A DNA stretch of 64,000 nt from Ramazzottius varieornatus (taxonomy: Eukaryota; Animalia; Tardigrada): assembly GCA_001949185.1 (NCBI GenBank), contig BDGG01000005.1:496001-560000 (forward strand), given 5' to 3'. The position numbers and the translations under genes are program-made. A model generated the notes under the pieces. It was given only the letters and a program-made list of their open reading frames with translations. It did no database searches and was not told the DNA's origin. Numbering within the stretch: the stretch's first letter is position 1; every line of letters begins with the position of its first letter. Below are positions 1 to 14,846 of this stretch, piece by piece.

Positions 1-54
1 TGTCCGCATCTGGTCGATTGAAGGTCACCGTTAATATCGGCCTGTTTGTCTTAG

Positions 55-3000
55 GCATTCCCTGATGAACTACCTGAGTCTTTCATATTGCCTGATTTTG
101 ATCATTTGCGGGTTTGGGTTCCCGATTGCTGAATTGACGGCCGACAGCCTGGAGAATAACTACTACCAGGTAAATTGATGAAAGCCAACCGCAGCATTTT
201 GAAACCGGAAAGAAGGCACATGAAATTTGAATGGAGGTTTCTTTTTAGGCTTACTATATCTTCCTGTTTGGAATGGGACTAATCTATATGATATTCTCCT
301 ACATGTTCCTGGTAACGCCCATTCCCAAGCATCAAGAGATGGCGAAATCTTTCCGCAGATGGAAACGCAATATCAACAAGCAGAATTTCCGTGAACGGTT
401 CAACTCCATCCACGTCCCAACGGATCCTCCGCAAGCCACTTACACCAGCGCTGCCAGAGCGTCCAGTTTCTACCTTCGCATGGTAAGCTTGAGTCCCTCA
501 CTGTTATTCAACCGGCTTTTATAAGTACGGCGGTATGTCACTGGTGTGTTACCTTAGGACGCAGTCTTCTTTGGACTGGGTTCAATGGTATTTTCCGGCT
601 TTGAGTTCGGCCAGTTTTTCGAGTACCCGGAAGGATCGAGATGTCGCAACATCAGTGCTTTCGCTGTACCGGTCTTTCGGTTCTTCTTCACTTTCGCGCA
701 GCTGTATTTTTTATTCCTCAACATTCGAGTAAGATTTGAGCATTCATAATCTGTCCTATCTATTACTTCATCTAATAGTTTGTGTTTCTGCCATAGATCA
801 GGACGGACAAGTTCACGACCCTTACGCGTTTTGGCTTGATGCATGTGAGTTCTATTTGAAGCACGTGATCATGCAGGTTGTTCATATAAACAAACCGAAC
901 ACCAAGACAGTTCTTCCCATGGTTCAGCATTTTATTTTATTTGCTTTCAGATCCTGGGAACCAACATGGTTATTTGGGTAACAAGCCTGATTGAGGAAAC
1001 TAGTCATGCAGGTATACCAATGTTTGATTCCCAAACCCACATCAACCTGTTGCGGTCTCGAAAACATCACACCCAACTTCCGGTTCTGAATTATGATAAT
1101 TTTCTTATTATGGATAATCTTCCTTTGTACTTCATGAGTAATAAGCTTATCACTGTATCTGCACGTGTCCCATGGAATGACATAAGCCTTATTCTGTTCC
1201 AGTCGCGCATTATTCAAGCCCGGCAGAGCATGTCCTTTCCGGTGACCACCATGACGATCCTCATGGTCCTTCGACATATGAGATCGCCATCGGGGTGGAC
1301 CATAACATCTCGCAGGTTCTTGCCAGTCTCCTCCCTGAAAACTCTTCCCTGGATATCAGTAAGATGGGACTGGATGTTACGGGCGTCGTGGCGGATGAGA
1401 TTATGAATTCGTGTCGAAGAAAGAGTATGATTGGTCAAGTCCTACAACGGGTAAGTTCGCCAGCCTGTTCTAATTTCTATCCTAACTGACTACGAAAATC
1501 TTTCTTTCATTAGGCTGCACCGGTCTTGTATCCGTTCATTGTCGAGTATAGTTTGATATGCGCGGCGCTCATCTATGTATACTGGAGAAACATCGGCATT
1601 CTTATCGGACCCGGAAGGCGCATGTTCCGCCTTTCTCGTGAAGCCGCGTCTGGAATCATCATGGACGCGATCAATGATCTAGATTCGCATACCCACAAAC
1701 GACATCAATACACAGTCGATTGCAAGGGTGGGTTTTGTGGAGGCTGGGGAAAGCTGAACATAGTACCCTTTAACGACAGGGATATTTTAGGTTCGACCAA
1801 TGGGATGTTCATGGGAATTTTAACAATCGTTGCAATGGTCATCATGTGAGTATTTTAGATGTATTCCGAAGAAGCGTGAACGGAATAACAACTCGGTTCT
1901 TTCGTCTTGCAGTATGGTTCTGTTTTTCTTCTGGATCAGCCTGTCCAATTATAAGTTCTTAGCGGTCCTGGAAGTCTACATCTCCATCATCGTTCTCTAC
2001 ACGATGACCACAGTCGCTGTCGTCGTTGCCTTTATCAAATTACAAGACTTCCGCTTCGACGATCGTGTCGGGTCGACGCTCGACGATGTTCTACTGGTCA
2101 CCTCGCAAATGGGCGTGATAGTATTCAACCTGTTCATCATCATCTGCGGCCATCACAGAGCGAAGGCCAAAGACGAGGACCCACAGAAAGATGTCGCGGA
2201 TATTTTGGGCCTCACAGCTTCATCCATCGAGACCATCCAGGTACGTAAGCTGAGAAAATATGCAGCGAAAATCTCACGCACGATTAACAAGAAGAACGGT
2301 GCTAGAAAATGGAACCTCAGCAAACGAGCTCCACAATCGTTTTCCCATGTGGCGCATGCTTTCAGCCAGTGAAATCGCAAACGTGCGCCGTTTGAGGAAA
2401 CAATCTTGTCGAGTTTATTTGACCAGCTCCCAGCTGTTCTTATACCACGCATAATCTCTCGAAATCGTCCAAGCTCGGCATATTATTCATTGCTTTTTTT
2501 TATCTCATGAGTTTTCCAGAGTCTGTTCCAAACCATTTTCCTTTTGGATGCGTCAAGAAGGCGGCCTTACAAGCAGAGCCACATAGAAAAGCGACCTGGC
2601 CGAGAGCTAATTACATTTCTGCTAGTCACCAATTTTGGCATGTGGTTCTTGGACACTCTGGAGTCTTGGCGAAGACAACTTCATCCGGTAGGAATTTCTC
2701 GGTCAAACATTTCTAGTGAGTGTCGCAGATGCATGATTTGGTGATCTTGTTTTGTAGGTTCAGATTGAGTTCTTTGGCTTTTGGCCGGTAGGTCGAATAC
2801 CGATATATCGAATTTGCATTTCGTGAACCGCGACCATGACACTGAAAATTTCCATAACTTGTCAAAGCTTCCATCTGGTGTGTTCATATGACACTGTATC
2901 AACTAACGCTTCTTTTTCCCACAGTGGATTTTGATCACACATATCTCGATGCCATTGACAATTTTCTATCGCTTCCATTCCAGGTCAGTAAAAATCCAGA

Positions 3001-3083
3001 AAATTTTTCTTACATTTTTAATTTTTTTCTTTTTTAGTGTGGTGCTGTCAGAGATTTGGAAAAAGTCCTATAAGACGAAATGA
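55..3083 (+). CDS. Otopetrin-family proton channel, multi-exon; 5' end lies upstream of the window
   Basis: Spliced translation gives otopetrin hallmarks: ASSFYLRMG.AVFGLGSMV, LYPFIVEYSLICAA, YTVDCKGSTNGMFMG, KRPGRELITFLLVTN, and C-terminal HISMPLTIFYRFHS-SVVLSEIWKKSYKTK* (TGA 3081-3083). Introns are GT-AG. Confidence 0.93.
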
Positions 3084-3561
3084 CCTTCTGCGAGAGCCTT
3101 GACTGTTGTTTTTTCTCTTTCGAAGCGTCATGTGACTTTGGAATAAAATTATACCCGTCGAAGTTGCTTGACTGGCTGACCTGTTTCTGATGGACAATTG
3201 TTACGTGATTTACAAAGGTTTACTACAAGTTTCATTCTGTTACTGTGACACGAAAAACAACAAACAAAATGCTTTGAGGAAAACCACTTTGAAGTTTTGA
3301 GATCAAACGTAAATACCAGTACGAGTTTCTGGAAACTGATAAAGCGGTGGCTGTGACGTATTTTCGTCACAAAAATAAAATCTGCCCAAGAAAGTCGGTC
3401 AAACTTGAAACTTCAGGATATTGCAAGAAACCATCTTACTCCACGTACACAATATCTGAAACGAACACATTCGAAAGGAACCGAAAGGAAGTCAAGAGTA
3501 GATTCTGCACGAGTACCACGATACAGTTTCACACAACAGATCCTACCTTGAGTACTCTTTT

Positions 3562-6500
3562 CTAATGAAGTACAGGTTCATCCAGACCAAAAAGTGAACG
3601 CAAACGTCGAATAGTCAGGGCATTTCCCTGACGAGCTTCCTCGCTAACCAGCAAGAAATTCAGGAACCCATGTGGGAGGTTAGACAGTAAGTCGAGTTGC
3701 ACGGCGTAACCGGCCTTCTTCAGGGCCTTCGCCATCTCGACGGAATCATCGAGGAACGGATCTAGGTGAGTGGCAATCAGACATACCGCTGGAAGAGCCC
3801 GCAGCATGACCTCATCAGCTTCCAGCGGGGATAGCAGCGGGTCATTCGCGGCTATTTTATCAAAGTTGTATCTCTTCAAAGGAGCGACCATCTTCGTCCA
3901 TGGCGCGTTAGGGTTTACGACAGAGTTGGAGCGCTGTCGAGCGGGACTGGGTCTAGACTGTAAGAGAGATTCGGCGGTGTCGGCCACGAAGCTGTAACTA
4001 CGGTTTGCGGCGTTGGTGGCTCGCTGGATCCCATGAGACACACGAGATGTCACCGGCTTGGTAAATGACAGAATGTCTTGTGCGGAAGGAATAACGAAGG
4101 GGAAGCGATTTTGACTCGTGCGTGTGCTGTCGCTGTTGACTGGTTTGTCATCGTTAAACTGTAGTTTCAGCTGGTCCTCTGAAGCAGAGTCAGGGATCGA
4201 CTCCATCTCTTCAACACCTACGTAAAAAAACGTTGATCATAGCCGCGTCATGCCTAACATAATCGAGAGGTCAGCAATCGAAAGGTCCAGGATGATCAAG
4301 ATCATTATTTTAAGTGGCGCATTCTTCCAGCCAATAATAATGAAAACGTGTGCCACTGTGAGATATCAATCTTGTACGTTTCGTTTGCCAGCATCCTTGA
4401 TATAGCACTTGACGTGAGCGAGAGGACAAAAACAAGGAGACAGGCTCTACAAAAATACCTCTCAGCTCTGACGGGCTCATGCGATCCCAGCTGCCCTGCG
4501 ACTCGCCCGACGGCGTGGAGTCATCCGAGCCTGTAGGTTCATCTGCTTCAGTTACTGCGTCTTCCATGACGACGTGTTCGGGCAGTCCAGCGTAAGCAGC
4601 TAGACATCTCGTCAGGATCCCTAAAAACAACTCTCAGCGAGAAGACTAAAAAGGCTGCGGTAGTTCGTGCAAGTGCGGATGGCAAAGAGAAAGTCACCTA
4701 TGGGGATGAGAGGGTCCATGAGTGAAATGACCCGGCTAGGGCTAGGCGTATACCGCGTAAATAACGGCGCGTACAAAGCCAGGATACCGTCAGGCATGCG
4801 AATGGACTGGGCGAAAGCTTGAAACGCCACTCCGAAGACGAGGTTCCCGCCGGCTGAATCGCCCACCAACACGATCTTCTTGCCAGTCCAGCCCAGCTTA
4901 TGAGCGTATCTGAGAGCCCAGCAGTACGCGTAGAAGGTTTCTTCGACAGCTCGAGGATAAGGTCCTTCTGGTGCGAGGGTGTAGTCGACCGACAGAATGG
5001 GGATCTGTAGGTGGTCGGCCCACTCGCGCAGATAAAGATCGCACGCTTTGCTCGACTAAAAAATACAGAATAAAAAGGCTTTTGTAAAACAAATTTACCT
5101 GTCCAAAATTCATCTGTCTGTTGTTTGCTTGGATATTCTGTAGAAGCGTTCTTACCTGTGCCACGAAGCCTCCACCATGAGCGTGGAAGAGAAGATAGTC
5201 GGACTTGGGCAGCACGCGACTGGGTAGCTTGTACGACTTGACGGTATCGTTGGCATCAATGAAGAGCTGACCTTCGCGGATACGAGTAGACAGTAGGCGA
5301 ACCATTAAGGGACGTTCGCCGATATGGGCAGACGGAGGCTTGATGAAGACTTCTTCCTCCATCTCGCCTTCGTTCAGTGCAATCTACAACAGCAGTCACG
5401 TTCAAGGCTAAGGCCCGATGCAAAGTACAGAATGCTACTCCTTACTTTGGGTAAGGTGAAAGACTCGGGCTCGATCAGGATCTCTCTATTGAGATCGGCT
5501 TTCGGCAGCATCCACCAATGTACAGGCTCGAAAAACCTCGACTCCGACACACTCCAGAAGGCTTTGCAGAATGTAATGTCGAGCTCTCTTGTTGAAGTCA
5601 CCAACGCCTGGGCTTTTAACTCGGGATCCATTATGAACTTCCGGGACGCCAGGAGATTCGAACCGAGGTACTTGAGCGCTTCAGGACCTGAACGAAAACA
5701 AATTAGTGAAAACATACTCGCAAATATTCTCAACGATAAATGAAATTTAACCTGAACCAGGGTTCTCCAACTCCAACGACTGATATTTCTCCGCGAAAGT
5801 AGCCAGTGCTGTAGTGATTGTATGCAAAGCTGCTCGGATGGAGGGACAAACATGGAAGGCAGTGCACGACCCAAAGAAGCACGTCTGGTCGAGCGTTTCC
5901 ACTCTCAACAGCCAGTCTTCCAGCAAATCCGAGTTATCATCGTCCGAGGTATTACCCGGAAACAGATCGTGTGTCCCAGCTGCCACTTCCACATCGATCA
6001 TCCGCTCTGTGTACTTCAGCATAGCGCGTAGAGTCCCCAGAACCTCCACATAATTTCTGATATCCGTCAGAGAACTATGTACTCTAAAATGGAACTTCTC
6101 TCGGTTGTTCCGCATGTAAACGTTGGCTTCGAGCAGTTTGACGACACATGCATCGACGATCTGCAAGAGACTTCGGTAGCCATTGCCTTCAACTCCGGGG
6201 AAGTCGAACAATGGCGCGGTTTCAGCGAGTCGTGCTGCGGACTGTTCCACTTCCGGAATATGGACAGACATGACTCGAAGGACGGCCGTGAGCTCGAGGA
6301 ATCTTTCATCGGGTTCGGAGGCAGCGGATATGTGGCCTTGGTAGTACGAAGCATTATCTTTTCCGAGGGAGAGTAGGTAGTACAAAAGGTTACTGCGAGA
6401 GGCCGATGATGTCTTCATTGTGCTTGGTGGATGTTCAGCTTGTTCAGGAACTCCACAGCGAGTTCGCTCGGCTTCTGAAGTGAAGGAGGACAAGTCCATG

Positions 6501-6562
6501 GTCGAAGAGGCGAATCGAGAGAAGGCGAAGGACAGAATCGTGTCTACAGCTTTTCGAAACAT
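3562..6562 (-). CDS. LIPE: Hormone-sensitive lipase, multi-exon
   Basis: HSL N-terminal domain (FDFPGVEGNGYRSL, CFFGSCTAFH, FCKAFWSVSE), oxyanion HGGGF, nucleophile GDSAGGN, LDPFLDD and LPHGFLN. Start is Met 6562 or Met 6499. Confidence 0.93.
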
Positions 6563-7665
6563 TTTCAGGCTGTAAAACACATTGAGTTAACGCTTGACGA
6601 CGATGAGGGAATTCACCCATACAGTAATTTAGCTGGATCAATACCATCTGGTGTCTTCCGTAGGAACGCGGGACACTACTCTCCGGACTCGATCCATTTG
6701 TTGTGGTGCAGCCTTGCAGCAAGCCTCCAGATTATAATCGATGACTTGGTGTAAGCCTTCCATTCCCAGCGTCTTTCAGGCTCGGCGCAGCGCGTGCGAT
6801 GAATACTTCGGTATAAAGTTCAATGTCACTACACAGAAAGATCGATAACGATGGTGTGACGTCTCACCAGCTGACAAGTACTTTCTCGATCGTTTCCAAC
6901 TAGTTTAATAGTAATATATGATACTGCCGTACGACATCTCTACCCACCTAGGTCTCTTCGCGCAACGCCATTGTCGATGAACACACGAACGTTACGGAAC
7001 GTACAACTGGTTCTGCTGTCCACAGAATTATCGGACATACCATGCCTTCCGTCCAGATCAAGGTGATACGATGATCGGCGACGTATTCCTATCAAGCTAG
7101 GGATGTTCCAGGTAAGACGAGGTTGGCGAGAATCCACAATGCAACGAAGTGAACGAACATGGCCACTCAGTGGCTGACAATGGGCAGTGTCTAACGTCTG
7201 ATAAAAAGTTCGGATCGGAAATACCAATGCAGAATTCAAATTTTAGAACATGCTACAGCCGATTCCCATATTTGCGAATTGAACAGAGGCAACAAGTCGA
7301 AGGCCTGGCCGCGGTTCGGTTCGGCGCGCATTGTTTGCGCAATGGTGTGCTCACGAACGATCTATTCAGCCTAACCGACCAGCCGGACAATCCGACCGGC
7401 CAGAAGGAAGGGACCACGTGTAAATCAGATTCAAACAAACAGTTACTGTACTGATTTCACTGAACCTGCAGTTAGGCGTTTTGATTCAATCGAGCTTCCT
7501 CCAAAGTCGAGTCATCTTTATTCGCATCCGTTCTGTCCCTCTGTTTTGGATGCACTGAGACAGCATGCAGTACGCCGTTGGAGCTTTTGAAGCGACGCGG
7601 TAGAACTGGGAAGGAATACGTCAGGAAGCTCTCCAGACGGATATCGAAAATATTGATACTTCACC

Positions 7666-10600
7666 ATGCGTAGTCTGCGTACTGCATCGCTCCTGCTGTC
7701 CATCGGAATACTGCTTGCAGTCGCCGTAAGTACATCTCTGATTCTCTTAGCAGCACTGTGTACAGTATCATTTTTATCCCTGCTTAGTGCTTATTAAATA
7801 GGATGTCCCTCGAGACTTCCGGTATGACGAAAGTACCGGCTTTCCAGGGATCAGAACCTGTGTTAAATGTAGGTTCTAGCAGTGAGCTGAGTTTACTTCC
7901 CTGTTACAGGATGGTCGTTGGCAAGAAGAAGAAGAAGTAAACAAGAGGCCGTCGTTCACGGTCGGGAAGAACACGTTCCTCAGAGATGGACAACCATTTC
8001 AGCTCATTTCCGGTACGATCCACTATTGGCGTCATTTGCCGGAATACTGGGAAGACACGTTCAGTAAAATGCGAGCAGCCGGCCTGAATGCGCTCCAGAC
8101 GTAGGTGCTGTTGAGGAGAGTTCTCGTAGTATCCGCTCCGAGAGTGTTGCGCGGTTAAACTGGTTCTGACTGTTTCAGGTACATAAACTGGAACATGCAC
8201 GAGCCGGAACCCGAAGAGTATACCTTCGAAGGGGTCCTCGATATCCGGAAGTACTTTCAGCTGGCTCAGAAGTACGGTATGGTGGTCATTCTACGCCCAG
8301 GACCCTTCATCGACGCCGAAGTGGATTTTGTACGTGATAACTGCAACGATGAATTTGTTTATACAGGATTTTCAGCTCACGAAGCTGACTGAATGTTGTC
8401 TCTGGCTGTAGGGCGGATTCCCGTACTGGCTGCTGCGAATGAATTCGACAATGAAGTTACGAACAAGCGATCCCTCTTACCTGCAATACGTTGAAAGATG
8501 GTATCGTAAAGTACTTCCCATGCTTAGGGACCTAACATATGCGAATGGAGGACCAATTATCACCGCACAGGTACGTAACTTGGGAGATGCACTTCAATGG
8601 GTGGCCAGGCGTAAACCAGAGAGACATTTCTGCATCAGCTGGTACACATGAGTGGTTTCCTGGTAGGTTGAGAATGAGTACGGAAGTTACCCAGCTTGCG
8701 ACAAGAAGTACAAAGAGTTTTTACGAAACTTGATGATTGAGCTTCTCGGGGACGATGTCGTTCTACTCACGACAGACGGATGTGGCGACGGGATGCTCAA
8801 GTGTGGAACTGTCGATGACGTTCTTGCCACGTGCGATTTTGGAGCAGGTCCAGAGAACCGTTTTGGTCTTCCGCGTTCCGCTCCGGATGTAACGCAGTAC
8901 TCTTTTGGACAGGTGGCGATGTCAAGGAAAGCTTCAAGATTCTAAGGAAATACAACCCCGAAGGACCTCTGCTGAACTCCGAATTTTACCCAGGGTGGGC
9001 TTATTGCTTCATTGGAGACCAGTAAGACTGTTTGATTGTCATTCAGTCTATACAGTATACTGATGTTGTAGGTGGATTGACCATTGGGGATATGAATGGA
9101 ATACCGTAGATACTCAAGATGTACTGGATACGATCCAAGGCATGCGTGCGATGAATGCTTCATTCAACATTTACCCTATCCGAGGAGGAACCAACTTCGG
9201 GTACGTTGCTGCATCTATTCTACACTTTTTCTGGCTTCCTGTGTCGATTACCGCGATTCATTTGCTAAATCACTTGTCAATACGTAGGTTCGTGGCCGGA
9301 TCGAACTTAGGAGATGACTTCCAGCCTGTTACAACAAGCTATGATTTCGACGCTCCGCTGAACGAAGCGGGGGACCCTACGGAAAAATACTATCGCGTTC
9401 GGAAACTTTTAGCAAAGGTTCGTAGGAGTTCAAATCCTCCACGCACAAGTAAAACATGCTCCATTATGCCGTTTGACTTGCACAGTATGTACCACTTCCG
9501 CCGGGACCAGCGCCAAAGCCCAGTCCGAAAGGCGAATACGGAGAAGTCCAGGTGTCTTTCGTCGGCTCTGTGTTTGACCATTTGAAAGATCTGAGGTCAG
9601 AAGGACCTGTCAAATCCGTCCTTCCCATGTCTTTTGAAACTCTGAAGCAGGCCTACGGGTTCGTGTTGTACCGCACGAAGATCCCGGGGAGGTTTCGCGA
9701 CCCGGCTAAGCTCAGCATACCCGGCTTGAGGGACCGCGGAATCGTTTTCGTCGATCAGGTATAGTTTTCGCATAGAAGCTACAGTTTCCATAAATGAATT
9801 ATTCATACCTCATGTATAACGAAAACGTGTTGTAGTTTGTTATCTTCAGGAACCGCGGGGTATTTTGAGCCGAACGCAGTTGACTTACGATATGCCTATT
9901 ATCGTGGAACCCAATGACACTCTGGACATTCTGGTCCATAACGAAGGACGTATCTGCTATGGTCAAGGTACGTGGACTTATATTACTCACCATGGTTAGG
10001 ATTCGTGATTAAAATGGAAGTTTTTCACTTCCACAAAGGTATTAGCGATATGAAAGGGATTTTGGGGAATGTTACACTCAACAAGAAGGTACTTCTCAAC
10101 TGGGAGATGTTCCCACTGGATCTTCCTAACTTCCCCGAAGTGGATGCTACGCCCTTCGGATATGACCAACAAGACTACTCCGCAGCATCCGATAGTAAAG
10201 TGTCGGGTTTCTACTCCGGAAAGTTTGTGGTTGAACGAGTCTTCGACACTTTCCTTCTGGTTAAAGGATGGACGAATGTAAGTAGAAGTTCCCCTATCGG
10301 ATGTTTTCCCATGCTTGTCAGCTAGATTTTTTCACCGGAATGTTCACTGAAATTTTTCACCCTCGTAGGGTTATGCTTTCATCAACGGACACAATTTGGG
10401 TCGGTATTGGCCCGTGCAAGGACCACAGGTATACTTTGTCGAAATATCTTTGGCAAGATAGCGGAAGTTCGCTCTTTGTGTCTTCCGCTTGTTCATATAA
10501 TCTCTCTGAACACGTTGTGATTGGCATCTTCGTTGTCTTTACAGCAAACACTCTACGTTCCGCGGGTTTATCTCAAAAAAGGATCTAACAATGTTATCGA

Positions 10601-10739
10601 ACTTTTCGAGCTGGAACGAGCACCCTGCGTCTCCGATGACACTTGTGTTGTCAGGTTCGTGGGTCAGCCTTTCCTGAACGGCACGGTGCCTCAACGCAGA
10701 CACAAGCAGGCAAAACCACTTTTCAAACGCGGCCACTAA
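7666..10739 (+). CDS. Beta-galactosidase (GH35, GLB1/GLB1L-like) with signal peptide, multi-exon
   Basis: Signal peptide MRSLRTASLLLSIGILLAVA; ISGTIHYWR, ILRPGPFIDAE, acid/base QVENEYGSY, nucleophile NSEFYPGW, GGTNFG, TSYDFDAPL, GRYWPVQGPQ. Confidence 0.93.
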
Positions 10740-11123
10740 CCAGCCTAAGCGAATATTCGGTTTATGGTTCTGAAATGTGGTCAAGCACGGTGAAACTCTG
10801 TGCCGATTCGAATGCCCAAAACATGATCCCAGATGGCCAACAAAATGCCTCGCGTGAAAGACACGTGTTGTTTTTCCTCTGTACTTTATGAATTTGTTGT
10901 AGAAGTATAACTATGCTCGTATTGCCTTCCTGTTTTATGTCAATTTTACCGGTACTGTTTATAAAAATCTCAAATTGGTCTCGGGTTCAAAGTCAAGAAG
11001 AATAGGCTCAAATTTCAGCGCTAAAAAATCACAGTCACTTCGGCCATGGTAGAAGATGGTTTTCTCACCGAGTTTCGGCAGCGCATCAATAGAACGTAAG
11101 CGAAGAAAGACTCATTCCGTCAT

Positions 11124-14100
11124 TCATGTGAACATTTCAAAGTGCCGCCTGGGTGCGCAAACCGGACAGCCGGAAACGGACCAAGATATGCACTTACTAT
11201 GGAAAGCATGCCTACACTGGAAGACGACCACGTCCGACACCGTTTCGTCAGCTGGAAGAACACGGTCTTTACAGACATAGCATACGGAATCGATATCAAC
11301 GAAAGAGCCACGCTGACGAAGTTTCAACAGCTTCGCTAACAGCTGGAAACAGTCGTTGACCATAATTTTCTTGCATCCTTCGCGCAACGTTATCTGAAAC
11401 AGAAGCACATTGCCATACTCTTTCCTTCCGATCGCTACAGCTACTGTAACTTGCCTGCAAGTGGTAGTCCTGAAGAATTCGGACGAGTGAGTCTCGAAGT
11501 CCTGGAATCTGGAGGCCGTTCTTGATTCGCCGTATGAGGATGGTAGGGTCGACGTGAGTTCCGATGTTGTGCAGAAGGGTGGTGATGAAGGCCGGCTTGT
11601 CGAGCGAGTACCCGATCATGATCATCCACAAGTCGTTATCGTTCTGCTCTTTACAGAACTCTACGGCTCGAGCAATATCGTTCATCTTGTTCATGATCAG
11701 CTCTAGCGCCTCTTTCAGGTTACCCATTCGACCTACGAACAAGAATAAAGTGAGACAACCGAAATAAGCCACAGTAGATAGAAAGCAGGGTACTTGTGCA
11801 TGAAGGCCCACATATACAAACCATGGTTTTTATTTCAACGAACTAATATCTCGCTTGTTTATGGATTCCACTATCAAAACATTGATATTTATTTAACTTA
11901 CTTAGCAGGTATACCATTTCAGGTACCATGCTCTTCTTCTGGCATATCTCGAAAGCATTCCTCAAGTCGAAGTGTTTACTATGTTGCATGAAATGCAACA
12001 GCTTGTTCGGTGCGTACTCTGCGTAGAGCTTCGCTTGGACGTCATGGTAGCTCTTGGCTACTGTCCTGTCCTTCTGGAACAACCTGTCTAAATACTGTAG
12101 AAGGAAGGGAGCTTTCTGCTCCAGCTGTTTTATGAGAGGAAGCATGGGTATGGCGTCGATATTCTCCGTGAACAGCCGCACAGCCTGCTCGTTGTCCATT
12201 TCCATCAACGCGATGGCCAACTGGCGGTCCAATATGGCTTTGTACAGGTTATGCCGGACGATGAGGTCGAAAACGTCCTGATGCTTGAGCTTGACGTAGA
12301 TGGCTAAGGCTTTGTCGAACTGCTTGACGAAACTGTAGAGTGCTCCCAGAGCCTCGAGGATCGTTTGGTTGGGATTTCTGACTAGGACATCGATCACCGC
12401 GTTGATCACAACCTACAAGAAATGAATTGTCAGACAGTAGTTCCCTGGACAAAAAGCGAGGAATTAATTTGTGAGTTGATTTGCTTTTAACTTTCATAAA
12501 CACTTTCTAGACAATTATGCTTATATAGATTCATTCATGATTTGGGACCTGAGCAAACAAACCCGGCTAGATTGTTTCTCCAAGTGGCGCATAATTTCCG
12601 CCAATAACACTGGAACGCGCGCCATTTAGGAAAAAGCATATTGCCGAGTTTGCTCGCCGAGCTACCATATCATTAGCGGTACCTGGACGTTGTACAGACC
12701 GAGCGGCCATTCTTTCACAGTCCTCAAGAACCCATCGTGGTCTGACTGGAGGAACGTAGAGAGTACCAACTCGTACACGGCCGGTGACAGCTGGAAGTCC
12801 GGAGAGCGAGGAAGGTATGGTGCTAACAGATGAAGTTTGCCGGCTCGATGGAATTCAGCAATCTGCTCTTCCCATAAAGTCTTGTCCTTTCCCAAAAGCT
12901 TTGTACACGCTCTAGCGGCTGCCTCGAAGTTCTGCTTCAGCCTCAGGGATTCTAGGTACTTGCGACCGATGTCGCGGAGGTTGTGGCGGCTGCTTTGGCG
13001 AGTAGAAAGCTGGGTGACAACCTTTAGCGCCTCCTCGTAGGCTTCTCGTTCCAGATGCCAGTCGATAATATCGTCAATATCCAATGGTTTGGCAATCACG
13101 ATGTCTTTTGAGCTGACGATAAAGTACAAACCTAAAAATTAGAACAAAGTTGACGATAAAGCGACGTGAGAAAAGAAAGAAAGCGTAATCTTGAACTTCT
13201 TGAGCCTGCGTACATTAAACCGTACGATAAACTGACAGACGAGTATGCAGGTAAGCGAAACACAAAAATTTCATCGGGACGCACGGATAAATAAGCACAA
13301 AAACTGAACATCACAAAGTATGACCGATAAAACAAGGAATGTCAGAGGTCTATCAGAAACCAACCATCTTCTGGTAGGGAATGCAGGTGATAATCTTCGT
13401 ACGAAGAGTACATGTTGCCTCGAAGCACCAGGATGTCACATATGGCCTCGCTGTAATCTTCCCAGCGAGGTTGTATTACTTTCAGCTGTAGTTTCTTGTC
13501 TTCTTCCTTCGAGCTGGCGCTGTACCCAAGGACCACATACTGTTCCGAGCTGTAGGGAATGTTTCCATACGGAGCTATGCCGCATATCGCGAAGTCAGTA
13601 TGAACCAGCTTGTTTATGACGATTTCGTAGTTCGGCAATTTGGCCGAGAACCCGTTCGAGTTAATGGAAAGGTTCGACGACTTCCTCCGGTCACGTACTG
13701 AGCAAACTTGAAAGACATGCGACCACGACACGATCAGTGTTCGGGAATCCATCCAAAAGATGTCACACTTGTTGGGAAAGTCGTACTTCTCTTCCGGTTG
13801 ATCGCGGGGTATCAACCCGATGATTTGCTTCTCTTTCATACACATGACCTAAAGAAGAAAAACTGAAGACTGGGCAAGATTCTTAGGACCTCACTAATCG
13901 GTTCTCACCTTTACGCCGGATGAGATTCCCCACGCCACCATACTTCCATACCACGATACGCGGCTGACTCTTCCACACCTCTCATCTAGTATCGTGGACT
14001 TTGGCCCGAGAAAGCGTTTCTCGCACATGACCAGCTGCTCGGACCCGAATATCACAGCTTTGTGAGCCGAATGTATGCTGCTAACAGTGAAAGCGGGACA

Positions 14101-14846
14101 GATGACGACTGCTTTGACGGGTTTGGAATGCTTGATGACGAAGTTATCCTCGGTAGAATTGAGACCCTGCACGAATACTTTACCGTCTTCACCTGCCGAA
14201 GCCATGTAGTTCCCATTCTCATCGATGGAGATGTCGTTGACAGGTCCTGCGTGTTTCGGAATGGGGACCGTGAGAGTCGTTCTGGAATACGATTAGCAAG
14301 CGTGAATGCTCAGGCAAACAAGATAACTCGGCCACCCCTTCGCACCATATTACCGCAGTGACGTCACGCCATTAAAGCCAAAGGGTGGCCGACTCGCATA
14401 CTTTGGCTCCAAAACATGATAATGAAATTTCGTTTGTACCTGTTGCCTTGTAGATCAAGAATGTGGATCTCTCCATTCTTTGTCCCCAGAGCTAGGAACT
14501 TAGAATGGACCGCTAGAGCTGTTGCACTGTCACGGAGTAGAATCTTGGCAGACTCGGGATTCTTGTCACTTAGGAGCCTTTCGTATTTGAATTTCGGTTC
14601 GGGGTCGTAGTCTAAATCTTCGTCCAACGTGTCGCCTTCGCCATCTTCTGCCATCCCCGGCGTTGATTCGAGAAACTCATCCTCTGACTTTCCGTTGATC
14701 TTATTAGTGCGAAATCTCGTGCTGTTGGTCTCTCCGACTGGGCTTCCAACTTCTAGCTTCCGGACGTCGATATGGTTATCGTTCTCGTTTGGCACAAGAG
14801 ACGTTTCCGTCGGGAACTCTTCTCCCTCGGGCGACGATGACATCAT
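11124..14846 (-). CDS. VPS41: Vacuolar protein sorting 41 (HOPS subunit), multi-exon
   Basis: EPKFKYERL, WD40 region (KFLALGT..G.IHILDLQGN), CHCR repeat (RMGNLKEALELIM, FCKEQNDNDLW, IPGLRDSL), C-terminal RING-H2 (CYVC..FQCRHAFHSKC..CPVC). Confidence 0.95.
12550..12655. mobile_element. Degenerate MITE-like inverted repeat in a VPS41 intron
   Basis: Left arm gagcaaacaaacccggctagattgtttctccaagtggcgc versus reverse complement of right arm gagcaaactcggcaatatgctttttcctaaatggcgc. The host intron is longer than usual. Confidence 0.5.

Noticed and set aside
966-1438. ORFs of 74-146 aa overlapping otopetrin, and similar antisense ORFs over other genes
   Set aside because: They are alternative-frame or antisense shadows of real exons, with no independent support.
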